A stretch of 32,000 nt of DNA from Horticoccus luteus (GCF_019464535.1 NZ_CP080507.1:3150001-3182000), one strand, 5' to 3'. Shown: positions 10,261 to 20,230, numbered from the stretch's first letter. Made by a program: numbers and translations. Notes: generated by a model from the letters alone, not told the origin.

Positions 10261-11040
10261 ATGACCGCCGCCCGCGCCATTGGCCCGCCGCCCGTCGAAA
10301 GCATCCGGCTCGTGGAGCGCTTCGAACGCGCCGCGCCGGGCTTCGCGTTTACCGCCACTTCCCTCCCGGGCCATCTTCTGCATCTGGTCGTCGCGGGCGA
10401 GGTCGAGCAAAGCTGCAATGGCCGCCGCCAGCACCTCACGCCGGGCGCGCTGGTGTGGTATCACGAAGACGAATGGGTCGAAGGCCGCGTCCTGCGCGCA
10501 CCCTGGATTTACTATTCGGTCAACTTTTTCGCCCCCACCTTGTCGCCGCCCGATTTTGCCGCGCGCGTCCGTCCCGCGCAGCAGTCCCTCGCCGCCATCT
10601 TCGCCGCCCTCCACGCCGCGTGGCGCCAGCCGGCGAGTGTCGAGCGCAACCACCTTTGCCACGCGCACCTGCTCACGCTGCTCGCCGCCGCCGCCCTCGA
10701 TCCGTCCGCGCCGCCACCGCCGGCCGGACAAAGCCGCTTATGGTGGGAGATCGAGGCATGGGCTCGCCAGCACCTCGACCGCCCGTGTTCGCTCGAGGCC
10801 CTTTGCGCTGCGTTTCACCGCAGTCCCAATACCGTCTCCCGTGCCTGTCGCGAAGCCGTCGGCCTGCCACCGATGAAGCGCCTCAAACAAATTCGCCTCA
10901 GCCTGGCGCGCGGCCTCGTGCAACACTCCGATCTCACCATGACTGCGATCGCCAGCCGCATCGGCTACGCACGCGTCCATGAATTTTCCCGCGATTACCG
11001 GAAAGCCTTCGGACACCCGCCCACCGCCGATCGCGGCTGA
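10261..11040 (+). CDS. AraC-family transcriptional regulator
   Basis: The C-terminal double HTH reads LEALCAAFHRSPNTVSRACREAVGLPPMKRLKQIRLSLARGLVQHSDLTMTAIASRIGYARVHEFSRDYRKAFGHPP. The N-terminus is a cupin-like ligand domain. Confidence 0.88.
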   Translation: MTAARAIGPPPVESIRLVERFERAAPGFAFTATSLPGHLLHLVVAGEVEQSCNGRRQHLTPGALVWYHEDEWVEGRVLRAPWIYYSVNFFAPTLSPPDFAARVRPAQQSLAAIFAALHAAWRQPASVERNHLCHAHLLTLLAAAALDPSAPPPPAGQSRLWWEIEAWARQHLDRPCSLEALCAAFHRSPNTVSRACREAVGLPPMKRLKQIRLSLARGLVQHSDLTMTAIASRIGYARVHEFSRDYRKAFGHPPTADRG

Positions 11041-11305
11041 CTTCGCGTGACCGATCGTGGCTCGTGTCATAGACTGACAGGTGGGCTGCGCGGCCCGCGC
11101 GCGGCTTGAGCGCAGCATTACTCGATCAACTACCGCCCGCGGAGCGCACGGTCTACCCAGCGCGGCGTAAGTTTAATATGCGGCCTCACTAGGCTCAATT
11201 CCCCGAAGCACGTGCCCGCCACCGCGCGCAAGATGCGTTTGAGCAGATTGCGCTTTAACCCGCGCCTGCCCGCCGCCACGTTTCCGCCCAACCCCGCTTT
11301 CTCGC

Positions 11306-12799
11306 GTGACCCTGCACCCTCTCGACTGGGCCATCATTGTTGTTTATCTCGCCGGCTGTCTTTTCGCCGGCCTCGCCATGCGGCGCTTCGTGCGCGGCGT
11401 CGAAGACTTCGCCGTCGCCGGCCGCGAGATGAACGTCAATCTCGGCATCGCCTCCCTCGCTGCGACCGAACTCGGCCTCGTCACGATCATGTATACCGCC
11501 CAACTCGGTTACGAGAAGGGCCTCGCCGGCGCCGCCATCGGCGTGATCATGTGCCTCGCCATCTGGCTCGTCGGCCGCACCGGCTTCGTCATCGAGGCTC
11601 TCCGCAACGCCGGCGTGATGACGATTCCTGAGTTGTTTGAAAAACGCTTCGGCGTGCGCGTCCGCTGGTTCGCCGGTCTGTTCGTCGTGCTCGGCGGGCT
11701 GCTCAACATGGGCATCTTCCTTCGCCTCGGCGGCGAGTTTCTCGTCTCCACCACCGGTCTCCCGCCCGGCTGGCTCGAATGGGTGATGACCGGCCTCCTC
11801 GGCCTCGTGCTGATCTACACCGCACTCGGCGGCATGCTGTCCGTCCTCGTTACCGACTACCTGCAATTTCTCGTCATGGGCGTGGGCATCGTGCTCACCT
11901 CGGTCCTCGTGCTGCATCAGGTCGGCTGGACCCATCTGATCGACGGCCTTAACGCCGCCTGGGCCGGCCACGGCGCCGCCAAACTCGCCGCCAATCCGTT
12001 CAATCCCTTCGACCGCACCAGCTACGGCTGGGGCTACCTCCTCTGGATGTTCGTTTTTCAAATCGCCGTCGCCACAACCTGGCAGACGCAGATCAGCCGC
12101 GTGCTCGCCACCAAAGATGCGTCCACCGCGCGTCGCATGTATCAACGCACCTCCTTCTACTTCGTCGGCCGCTTTCTATTGCCCGGCCTCTGGGGCGCGG
12201 CGGCATTCGTTTATTTCGCCGACCGCGGCGGCCTGCCCGCCGGCGTCGATTCGCTCACCGCGATGCCCACTTATCTCGCAACGCTTCTGCCCGTGGGCGT
12301 GATCGGAATCGTCGTCGCTGCGATGCTCGCCGCGGAAATGTCGACCGACAGCGGCTACCTCCTCACCTGGGCCACCGTGATCTACAACGATCTCATCACC
12401 CCGTGCCTGCGCCGCCCGCTTTCCCGCCGCGCGCAACTCGTGCTCACGCGCCTGCTCGTGCTCGGCATCGGCGTTTTCCTGCTTTTCTACGGCCTCTGGT
12501 ATGAGTTGCCGGGCAACGCGTGGGACTACCTCGCCGTCACCGGCAATATTTACCTCGCGAGCGTCTTCACGCTCCTCGTCGCCGGCGTCTACTGGCCGCG
12601 CGCCAACGCCCGCGGAGCTTACGCCGCGCTCGTGCTCGGCGCCGTGGGCCCCATTGCGTTTCTCGTCCTCGGACAACGCTTCGCCATCGCGCCCGAACTC
12701 GCCGGCGCCTCGTCCTTCGCGCTCGCCGCTGTGGGGATGATCGGCGGCTCGCTGCTTTCCCGCCGCGTCGTCGTCACCGCAGAACCCGTGCTCACATGA
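11306..12799 (+). CDS. Sodium:solute symporter (SSS) family transporter
   Basis: The 497-aa protein has a GTG start and 13-14 TM helices. The N-terminus is LDWAIIVVYLAGCLFAGLAMRRF and AVAGREMN, followed by TIPELFEKRFG and YTALGGMLSVLVTDYLQF, all typical of SSS/SLC5-like carriers. Confidence 0.9.
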   Translation: MTLHPLDWAIIVVYLAGCLFAGLAMRRFVRGVEDFAVAGREMNVNLGIASLAATELGLVTIMYTAQLGYEKGLAGAAIGVIMCLAIWLVGRTGFVIEALRNAGVMTIPELFEKRFGVRVRWFAGLFVVLGGLLNMGIFLRLGGEFLVSTTGLPPGWLEWVMTGLLGLVLIYTALGGMLSVLVTDYLQFLVMGVGIVLTSVLVLHQVGWTHLIDGLNAAWAGHGAAKLAANPFNPFDRTSYGWGYLLWMFVFQIAVATTWQTQISRVLATKDASTARRMYQRTSFYFVGRFLLPGLWGAAAFVYFADRGGLPAGVDSLTAMPTYLATLLPVGVIGIVVAAMLAAEMSTDSGYLLTWATVIYNDLITPCLRRPLSRRAQLVLTRLLVLGIGVFLLFYGLWYELPGNAWDYLAVTGNIYLASVFTLLVAGVYWPRANARGAYAALVLGAVGPIAFLVLGQRFAIAPELAGASSFALAAVGMIGGSLLSRRVVVTAEPVLT

Positions 12800-12987
12800 A
12801 CCACTTTGCCGTGATTTTCTGGGTCGTCCTGATCGTCGCCTCGATCGCGTGGTATGGCTTTTTGGTCTTCTACATCGGCGTAAAAGCCGGCCGCGAAATC
12901 CTCGCGTTGACCAAATCGCTCGACGCCACGGCCGCCGCTCAACGCTCTGCGGCCGATCCTTCAGCGCCCGACGCCCCCCGCCGCTGA
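12796..12987 (+). CDS. 63-aa single-TM microprotein translationally coupled to the SSS transporter (candidate small subunit)
   Basis: The ATG at 12796 overlaps the SSS stop (ATGA). The sequence is MNHFAVIFWVVLIVASIAWYGFLVFYIGVKAGREIL..., with genome-typical C-ending codons. Its 3' end overlaps the convergent AraC gene by 27 nt. Confidence 0.5.
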   Translation: MNHFAVIFWVVLIVASIAWYGFLVFYIGVKAGREILALTKSLDATAAAQRSAADPSAPDAPRR

Positions 12988-13845
12988 CCCGCTCGTTGCG
13001 CCGTGGCTCCGGCGAAACGCCCCCGGCGTCAGCCCCGTGCGGCGCAGAAACTGGCGGTTGAAATTCGCGAGATTGTTGTAGCCCCCGGCAAACGCGATCT
13101 CCGCCACCGAGCGGCTGGGATCATCGAGCAACTCGCGACAGATGCGGCCCACGCGCACTTCGTTCACAAACGCTTCGAACGTGTGCCCCATTTTCCGTCG
13201 AAAATAGCGGCTGAAGGCCGCCGGACTGAGCCCCGCGCGTTGCGCCGCCACCTTCTGGCTCACCGCCTCGCCCACGGCGCCATCCACGTAACGCAGCACG
13301 CGTGCGAGCCGCGCCTCGTCCCGCCCCGTCAGTCCCGGCGAAAAACCTGCGCTGGAAAGCGTCGCCGCCGGTGCGTCCGCCAGCGTGTGAAATATTTCCA
13401 GCAACGCCGCCAACCTTGGCAGCGGCGCCAAATCCGGCAAAGCGCCCAGCCGCTCCGCCACGGTGCGCACCGTCGCACCCGGAAACAGCAACCCGCGCTG
13501 TGCCCGGCCCAGCAATCGCCGCACCGACGCGAGTTCGGGCATCGCTCCTCCCGCTTCGCCCATAAACCGCTCGGAGAATTGCACCACCACCGAGCGTGCC
13601 GTGCCACTCCAGTCCGGCGAATTGCTCCAGTAGTGCGGGAGATTCGCTCCCAGCAGCACCAGGTCACCCCGCTCGAAACGCCCGATGCTGTCGCCGACGA
13701 AACGCAACCCATGGCTCGCCTCGATCAACGTCAGCTCGCACTCCGGATGGAAGTGCCACGGCGACCCGAAACGCGGGCTCGCAAAGCGGCGGCAGGCGAA
13801 GGATTCGCCCGGTCGCAGTGATACTTTTTCCAACGTCGCGCGCAT
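12961..13845 (-). CDS. AraC-family transcriptional regulator with N-terminal cupin sensor domain
   Basis: The cupin motif region is WHFHPECELTLIEASHGLRFVGD...GDLVLLGANLPHYW. The C-terminal HTH pair reads VSQKVAAQRAGLSPAAFSRYFRRKMGHTFEAFVNEVRVGRICRELL...IAFAGGYNNLANFNRQFLRRTGLTPGAFR. Confidence 0.9.
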   Translation of the reverse strand: MRATLEKVSLRPGESFACRRFASPRFGSPWHFHPECELTLIEASHGLRFVGDSIGRFERGDLVLLGANLPHYWSNSPDWSGTARSVVVQFSERFMGEAGGAMPELASVRRLLGRAQRGLLFPGATVRTVAERLGALPDLAPLPRLAALLEIFHTLADAPAATLSSAGFSPGLTGRDEARLARVLRYVDGAVGEAVSQKVAAQRAGLSPAAFSRYFRRKMGHTFEAFVNEVRVGRICRELLDDPSRSVAEIAFAGGYNNLANFNRQFLRRTGLTPGAFRRSHGATSGSAAGGVGR

Positions 13846-13905
13846 GAGAAACCGCCTCAGGTGTTAATTAAGTATCAGCGTCGGTCAAACCCGGCGTAGC
13901 CCCAC

Positions 13906-13933
13906 GCGCCCACCTGCGCTATCTTGCGCCCAC
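13906..13933. promoter_or_regulatory. Direct repeat GCGCCCAC-N12-GCGCCCAC upstream of the second PhyH gene (weak operator candidate)
   Basis: Identical 8-mers lie at 13906-13913 and 13926-13933, 20 bp apart, just upstream of ATG 13945. The GC-rich background makes a chance match plausible. Confidence 0.2.
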
Positions 13934-13944
13934 GTTTTTTCCCC

Positions 13945-14778
13945 ATGTCCACGACCACCGCCGCGCTCGATCTCCATTCGCCCTATCCCCTGACGGCAGA
14001 CCAAATCGCCCGTTTCCGCCGCGATGGCTTCGTGAAGTTGAAAGACGTGCTCTCGGCCGATGTCCTCGCGCATTACGGCAAGATCATCACGGACGAGGTG
14101 CACCGCCTCAACACGATGCATCTGCCGCTTGAGCAGCGCGACACTTACAGCAAAGCGTTTCTCCAGGTCATCAACATCTGGACGAAAAACGACACCGTGA
14201 AGGAATTCTGCTGGAGCCAGCGCCTCGGGCGCATCGCCGCGCAATTGCTCGGCGTCGATGGCGTGCGCATGTATCACGACCAAGCGCTCTATAAAGAACC
14301 GAACGGCGGCATCACACCCTGGCACGCCGACCAATATTATTGGCCGCTGAGCAACGCCAACTCCGTCACCGCGTGGATCCCGTTGCAGAAGACCACGCAG
14401 GAAATGGGCCCCCTCGCCTTTGCCGCCGGCAGTCACCAATTCGAAATGGGCCGCGACCTCGTGATCAGCGACGAAAGCGAACAACGCATCGGCCGCTCCA
14501 TGAAGGACCACAACTATCCGCTCGTCGACGAGCCCTTCGATCTTGGCGAGGTGAGCTTTCACTACGGCTGGACGTTTCACCGCGCCGGTCCCAACACCTC
14601 GACGCAGCCCCGCGCCGTGATGACGATCATCTATATTGAGGACGGCATTCGTCTGATCGAACCCAACACCAAAGCCCGCCAGGGCGACCGCGCCGCCTTC
14701 GCCTCCGACGTCGAAGTGGGCGCGGTGATGAACGGCAAAATGACCCCGGTGATTTATCCGACGCCGGGGCTTGTCTGA
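13945..14778 (+). CDS. Fe(II)/2-oxoglutarate dioxygenase, phytanoyl-CoA dioxygenase (PhyH) family (second copy)
   Basis: I trimmed the start to ATG 13945 (MSTTTAALDL). Motifs are FRRDGFVKLKDVLS, TPWHADQYYW (HxD), VTAWIPLQ, GPLAFAAGSH and a distal His in FHYGWTFHRAGPN. Confidence 0.85.
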   Translation: MSTTTAALDLHSPYPLTADQIARFRRDGFVKLKDVLSADVLAHYGKIITDEVHRLNTMHLPLEQRDTYSKAFLQVINIWTKNDTVKEFCWSQRLGRIAAQLLGVDGVRMYHDQALYKEPNGGITPWHADQYYWPLSNANSVTAWIPLQKTTQEMGPLAFAAGSHQFEMGRDLVISDESEQRIGRSMKDHNYPLVDEPFDLGEVSFHYGWTFHRAGPNTSTQPRAVMTIIYIEDGIRLIEPNTKARQGDRAAFASDVEVGAVMNGKMTPVIYPTPGLV

Positions 14779-14849
14779 GTCCTCGCGACGCTCCCCGTCC
14801 GCCTTCCCCGTTCAGCGCAGCAACCGCGGCGCCGCGCGAAAATCCGCCG

Positions 14850-15323
14850 TTACAAGCCCCGCACAATTTCCAGCAATTGCGCCGCGTGATTTGCCGGATC
14901 AACTTTCGGAATCACCGCGAGCACCGTGCCGTCGGTCGCGAGCACATAGGCCGCCCGCGCCGGGCCGACAAAGGTGCGGCCATACATCGACTTCTCGACG
15001 AGTGAGTCCGTCGCCTCGGCAAAGCGATCGCCCGCGTCGCTCACGAGCGCGTAGGCGATGCCTTTTTTGGCCGCGTATTTCAGATGCGATCCGGCCGTGT
15101 CGCGGCTCAACGCCATCACGTTGAACCCTCCGCGCTCCAATTCCTTCACGCCCGCCGCCAGACTGTCGGTCTGCTTGTCGCAGCTCCCCGTATTATTGCG
15201 CATATACACCGAAATGATCGTCGGCCGCGTCAGTAATTCGCTCAGCAAAGTCTCGCGCACGACGCCGTCGCGCACCACTTTGAGCGGAAAATCCAGCGTC
15301 AACTTTTGTCCCACGGAAATCAT
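14850..15323 (-). CDS. Bcp-like peroxiredoxin (AhpC/TSA thioredoxin fold)
   Basis: It is collinear with Bcp: VYMRNNTGSCDKQ carries the TxxC peroxidatic Cys context (the usual Pro is Met here). Also present are ALSRDTAGSHLKYAAKKG, ALVSDAGDRF, GRTFVGPARAAYVLATDGTV and DPANHAAQLL. I prefer the ATG at 15323 over the TTG at 15344. Confidence 0.8.
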   Translation of the reverse strand: MISVGQKLTLDFPLKVVRDGVVRETLLSELLTRPTIISVYMRNNTGSCDKQTDSLAAGVKELERGGFNVMALSRDTAGSHLKYAAKKGIAYALVSDAGDRFAEATDSLVEKSMYGRTFVGPARAAYVLATDGTVLAVIPKVDPANHAAQLLEIVRGL

Positions 15324-15436
15324 CCTTCCGTCAGCACGCGCCAACTTCCCGTCCTTTTCAACCGCAAGGTGAGCAACTTACAGTTTTCGCCGATTTTGAC
15401 GCGGCCCTCAAAACCACCCATGTTCCTCGCCTGACA

Positions 15437-15901
15437 ATGAAGTCGGTGAAAATCCCAGCCTTCGAGCTGTTCCTCCACGAAATGATTCCGCTCGCCAAGG
15501 CGATGGGGGTCGGCGTGGAGATTAGCGACGAGCATTCGCTGACGCTCACCGCGCCGAAAGAGCAGAACAAAAATTCGCTCAACACCGCGTTCGGTGGCAG
15601 TCTTGTCTCCATCGCCACGCTCGCCGGCTACGGCGTCGTCTGGGAATTGATGAAGCACGAAGATGGCGCCACCGATAAGATCGAGTGGCGCATCGTGGTG
15701 AAGGAAAGTCGCGCCGCCTACCGGCGTCCCGTCCTCGGTGATTTGCGCGCGATCTGCGAACGCCCCGCCAAAGCCGCCGTCGAGGAGTTCAAGGCCGCCC
15801 TTTCCCGCTACGGCAAAGCCAAGCTCAAGCTGAAGGCGTCCGTCGTCGAAAACGGCCACACCGCCGTCGACGTCACCGCCGCCTTCGTGGTCTCGCGCTG
15901 A
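15437..15901 (+). CDS. YiiD C-terminal-like hotdog thioesterase domain protein
   Basis: The 154-aa protein shows IPLAKAMGVGVE...LTLTAPKEQNKNSLNTAFGGSLVSIATLAGYGVVW, which resembles the stand-alone YiiD_C/putative thioesterase family. It is divergent from the Bcp-like gene. Confidence 0.7.
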   Translation: MKSVKIPAFELFLHEMIPLAKAMGVGVEISDEHSLTLTAPKEQNKNSLNTAFGGSLVSIATLAGYGVVWELMKHEDGATDKIEWRIVVKESRAAYRRPVLGDLRAICERPAKAAVEEFKAALSRYGKAKLKLKASVVENGHTAVDVTAAFVVSR

Positions 15902-16050
15902 TTTCTAACCGCGCCGCCGGAAAAAGCGCAGCGCCGTGCCTGCAAGGTGGTCCACGTGCCCCGCGCGCGGCTTCGCCCGACAGCAAACGTCATCAAGTTT
16001 GATGGCGCGTTTTCGCCGCGCCGGTTCCTCCGCGCGTCAGTTTCCCGCGC

Positions 16051-16422
16051 TCAAATATGCCGCGAATCCGCCTCGTCCTTCTTCGCATAGCCCGTCTCCT
16101 GCCGCTGATGATTCACGGCGTTTTTCTTCAAATACGCCTGATAAACGTCGTCCGCCGTCATCCCGAGCGTCTGTGCGAGCGACACCAAAAAGTGAAACAA
16201 ATCCACCACTTCCACCTTCGCGTTCTGCTCGTCGAATTTCTGGTATTTCGCCCACCACTTCCACGGCACCGAATCGATCAGCTCCGCCGTTTCCTGCTGT
16301 AACGCACGGGTATAGTTAAGGATCCACTTGGCCTTTTCCTCTTCCGTCGCCGGCGGCAGCGCCACCCCGATGCGCCGGTTCAGCGCGTCCTGCATCTGAA
16401 AAATCTCTTCGAGCTTGTCCAT
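16051..16422 (-). CDS. All-alpha NTP pyrophosphohydrolase, dimeric dUTPase (dUTPase_2)/MazG-like
   Basis: The 123-aa protein shows QMQDALNRRIG, YTRALQQETAELIDSVPWKWWAKYQKFD, EVVDLFHFLVS and YLKKNAVNHQRQETGY. This is the typical pattern of the dUTPase_2 family. Confidence 0.7.
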   Translation of the reverse strand: MDKLEEIFQMQDALNRRIGVALPPATEEEKAKWILNYTRALQQETAELIDSVPWKWWAKYQKFDEQNAKVEVVDLFHFLVSLAQTLGMTADDVYQAYLKKNAVNHQRQETGYAKKDEADSRHI

Positions 16423-16628
16423 GGGCGGCGACGCTGAAAAAGCCGCCCGCGCGACGCAAGCCCGCGCCCACCATCCCCTCTTTCAATTAGAAGTTGCTCC
16501 ACTGAGCGGGTGCGACGACATTGTCGCTTCCTGTTTGCGTCGAGCGCGCATCCCGCGCTCCGCGAACGTTCATCCAAATCGGCTGTTCGCGCATTCCGCG
16601 CTGAACGCCAGTTAACAAACACAAACCC

Positions 16629-17726
16629 ATGCCAGATCAAGAAACGTCCGGCGCATCGGCTGCGGCTCCTCAAGAGACCGCGCCCGCGTCGACCGCATCC
16701 ACGCCTTCCACGGCGGATGCAACCGCGCCGATCGGTCAGTTCGGCTCGTCCCGCGGCTCCGGGCTCGCCCGCGGAAAACGCCCCGCCTCGCCCGCACCCG
16801 CCGCCGCCAGCTCCGCTCCCGGCGGCTATCAACCGACGCAAGTCGAAGTCATCAACCCGCAACGCGAATATAAAAACCCCTTCGGCGGTGCCGATGTCGC
16901 CCCCTCGAAGGAACCCGCTCCGGCCCCGGCCGCCGCGCCCGCTCCGGCGCCCGTCGCCGCCGCGCCGCAGGTGCCTGTTCAACCAGCCCCGGCTCCCCGC
17001 GCTCCCATCGCCGCCGCGCCGACTCCGGTCGCGCCGACTCCCGCCGCGCCCGCTGAAAAGGCGGAACTGAAAATCCTCCCGCCCGCGCAGGAACGCCGCC
17101 CGGCCCAAAGCTGGGAACACTCCGGCTTCGGCCGCGGCGCGGCCGCCCCCAGCGAGCAGAACGAGAACCCCCGCCCTCCGCGCCGCGACGACCGTGGCAC
17201 CTTCCGCCCGGAGCGCCGCGAGCAGAAATTCGAGCCGCGCGCCCCGCGCCCCCCGCAAGAACCCCGCCCCGCCCAAGATCCCCGGCCGCCGCGCGAGCCG
17301 CGTCCCGCGTTTCGCCAGAAACGCGACCAACCCGCCCCGGCGAAGAAACCCGGTGGTTTTCTCGGCTGGCTCAAAGGCCTTTTCGGCGGCACACCCGCGC
17401 CCGAAGCGCCTCCCGCCCGCCCGCAGCCCGGCGACGAACGCCGCCGCGATGGCGACCGCTACCGCGACGGCCGCCGCTCGGACGGACGTCAGCGCCACGG
17501 CGGTGAACAAGGCCGCCAGAACTTTGAAGGCAATCGCGGCCCCCGCCCCGAAGGCGGCGAGTTTCGCCGCGACGGTCAGGACGGTGAACAACAACACCGC
17601 CGCCGTCGGCGCGGCGGACGCGGCCGCAACCGCGGTGGCGATTACGGCAACCAAGGCGGTGACCGCGGCGATCGCCGCGATCGCGGCCCGAATCCGGAAG
17701 GTCAGCAGGGTGGCGGCGCGATCTGA
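16629..17726 (+). CDS. Hypothetical low-complexity protein: Ser/Thr/Ala N-terminus, Pro/Ala-rich middle, Arg/Gly/Asp-rich (RGG-like) C-terminus
   Basis: The 365-aa ORF has consistently high GC3 and C-ending codons. It starts at an ATG and is followed 47 nt later by a 12-bp-stem terminator on the same strand. No folded domain was recognised. The competing antisense ORF 16380-17654 was rejected. Confidence 0.6.
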   Translation: MPDQETSGASAAAPQETAPASTASTPSTADATAPIGQFGSSRGSGLARGKRPASPAPAAASSAPGGYQPTQVEVINPQREYKNPFGGADVAPSKEPAPAPAAAPAPAPVAAAPQVPVQPAPAPRAPIAAAPTPVAPTPAAPAEKAELKILPPAQERRPAQSWEHSGFGRGAAAPSEQNENPRPPRRDDRGTFRPERREQKFEPRAPRPPQEPRPAQDPRPPREPRPAFRQKRDQPAPAKKPGGFLGWLKGLFGGTPAPEAPPARPQPGDERRRDGDRYRDGRRSDGRQRHGGEQGRQNFEGNRGPRPEGGEFRRDGQDGEQQHRRRRRGGRGRNRGGDYGNQGGDRGDRRDRGPNPEGQQGGGAI

Positions 17727-17772
17727 TCGCGTGAGTTAAACCTTGCCAAGGCCGACCGGCCCCAACGCATTC

Positions 17773-17809
17773 GAAGGCGTCCGCATTCCGCGGACGCCTT
17801 CTTCATTTT
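17773..17809 (+). terminator. Rho-independent terminator after the low-complexity protein gene
   Basis: GAAGGCGTCCGC (17773-17784) pairs perfectly with GCGGACGCCTTC (17790-17801), with a 5-nt loop, and is followed by TTCATTTTG. Confidence 0.8.
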
Positions 17810-17855
17810 GCGGATCCGCCTCGCGCGTCCGCGCCAACTTTCCCGCTCTCGCCAC

Positions 17856-19145
17856 ATGGCCGATCTCATTGTCAACGGCGGCAAGCCGCTCTCCGGCACC
17901 CTCACTCCGTCCGGCAACAAAAACTCCGCCCTGCCCATCCTCTGCGCCACGCTCCTCACCGACGACCCGGTGACGCTCCGCAACGTGCCCGCCATCACGG
18001 ACGTCGAGAAACTCGTGGAGTTTTTCACCGCGCAAGGCTCCCAGATCACGTGGGATCGCACGTCGGGCGAGATGACCCTCGCGCACGCCACGTTCGATCC
18101 CGATCGCCTCCAAGGCACGCTGCCCAACGGCATGCGTTCCTCCGTCCTCCTGTTTCCGCCGCTGCTGCACCGCTTGGGCCGCCTCGCGATTCCAGGCAAC
18201 GCCGAAGGCTGCTCCCTCGGCATCCGCGAACTCGATCCCCACCTCGAGATTCTCACCACACTGGGCGCGCAGATCGAGTCCAACGGCACCGTCACGATGG
18301 AGTTGCCCGGCCGTTTCCGCGGCGCGCGCCACTGGCCCGACTATATGTCCGTCACGGCCACCGAAAATTTCGTGATGGCCGCCGCACTGGCCGAAGGCAC
18401 GTCCACGCTCCTCAACGCCGCGAGCGAACCGCACGTGCAGGATCTTTGTGCCACCCTCGCCCAAATGGGTGCCCGGATCGAAGGCATCGGCACGAGCAAA
18501 CTCACGATCCACGGCGTCGATCGTCTTCACGGCGGCACGTTCACGATCGCGAGCGATATCCACGAAATCGTCACCTTCCTCGCCCTCGGCGCCATTACCG
18601 GCGGCGAAGTCCGCGTGCGCGAGTCGCTCCCGCACCACTTCGATCTGATCGGCCGCGCCTTTCGCAAACTCGGCGTGACGATCGATCACGACGGCGACAC
18701 CGCCATCGTCCGGCCGGGGCAGACGCTGCGCGTTGAGTCACCGTTCACGTCGAACTTGCTGCCGAAAATCGAAGCCGCGCCGTGGCCGTATTTTCCTGTC
18801 GATCTGCTGCCCTGCATGATCGCACTCGCGGTTCGCGCCGATGGCCCAATGCACTTTTGGAACAAGGTTTACGAAGGCGGCTTCACGTGGATGCCCGAAC
18901 TGGCGAAGTTCGGCGCGCACGTCGTCGTCAGCGATCCGCATCGCATCATCGTCTTCGGCTCGAAGCCGCTGCGCGCCACCACCGTCGATGCGCCCTACAT
19001 CATCCGCGCCGCCGTCGCGCTCTACATGGTCGCCGCCAGCATTCCCGGCCGCAGCATCGTGAAAAACGCCGACACCATCAAACGCGCCCATCCGCGCTTC
19101 GTGGAAAACCTGCGCACGTTCGGCGCCGAAGTGGAGTGGCGTTGA
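17856..19145 (+). CDS. murA: UDP-N-acetylglucosamine 1-carboxyvinyltransferase
   Basis: I trimmed the start to ATG 17856 ([34 protein letters not shown]). The active-site loop Cys lies in [16 protein letters not shown]. Length and collinearity match the EPSP-synthase/MurA fold family. Confidence 0.96.
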   Translation: MADLIVNGGKPLSGTLTPSGNKNSALPILCATLLTDDPVTLRNVPAITDVEKLVEFFTAQGSQITWDRTSGEMTLAHATFDPDRLQGTLPNGMRSSVLLFPPLLHRLGRLAIPGNAEGCSLGIRELDPHLEILTTLGAQIESNGTVTMELPGRFRGARHWPDYMSVTATENFVMAAALAEGTSTLLNAASEPHVQDLCATLAQMGARIEGIGTSKLTIHGVDRLHGGTFTIASDIHEIVTFLALGAITGGEVRVRESLPHHFDLIGRAFRKLGVTIDHDGDTAIVRPGQTLRVESPFTSNLLPKIEAAPWPYFPVDLLPCMIALAVRADGPMHFWNKVYEGGFTWMPELAKFGAHVVVSDPHRIIVFGSKPLRATTVDAPYIIRAAVALYMVAASIPGRSIVKNADTIKRAHPRFVENLRTFGAEVEWR

Positions 19146-19180
19146 AACGTCTCTCCACTCCTCCCGCCGCCGCCTCCCTC

Positions 19181-20227
<1,047 letters not shown>

Positions 20228-20230
20228 GCC

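Noticed and set aside
13864-13871. TTAATTAA palindrome (an all-A/T 8-mer) in the second AraC/PhyH intergenic region
   Set aside because: It is probably just an AT-rich promoter element. It is too short, and unique in the window, to claim as an operator.
14819-14845. GC palindrome CGCGGCGCCGCG in the convergent gap between PhyH-2 and the Bcp-like gene, considered as a terminator
   Set aside because: The self-complementary 12-mer leaves no loop and has no adjacent U-tract, so it is not convincing as an intrinsic terminator.
16380-17654. 424-aa Ala/Gly/Arg-rich minus-strand ORF opposite the low-complexity protein gene
   Set aside because: Both frames are low-complexity. The plus frame has the genome-typical C-ending codon bias, a clean ATG and a same-strand terminator 47 nt downstream. 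The minus ORF also overlaps the dUTPase-like gene. Some residual uncertainty remains.
18782-19180. Apparent 364-nt overlap of the ruvB-frame ORF with the murA 3' end
   Set aside because: The upstream part of that frame is an Arg-rich shadow. The RuvB homology begins after ATG 19181, 35 nt downstream of the murA stop.
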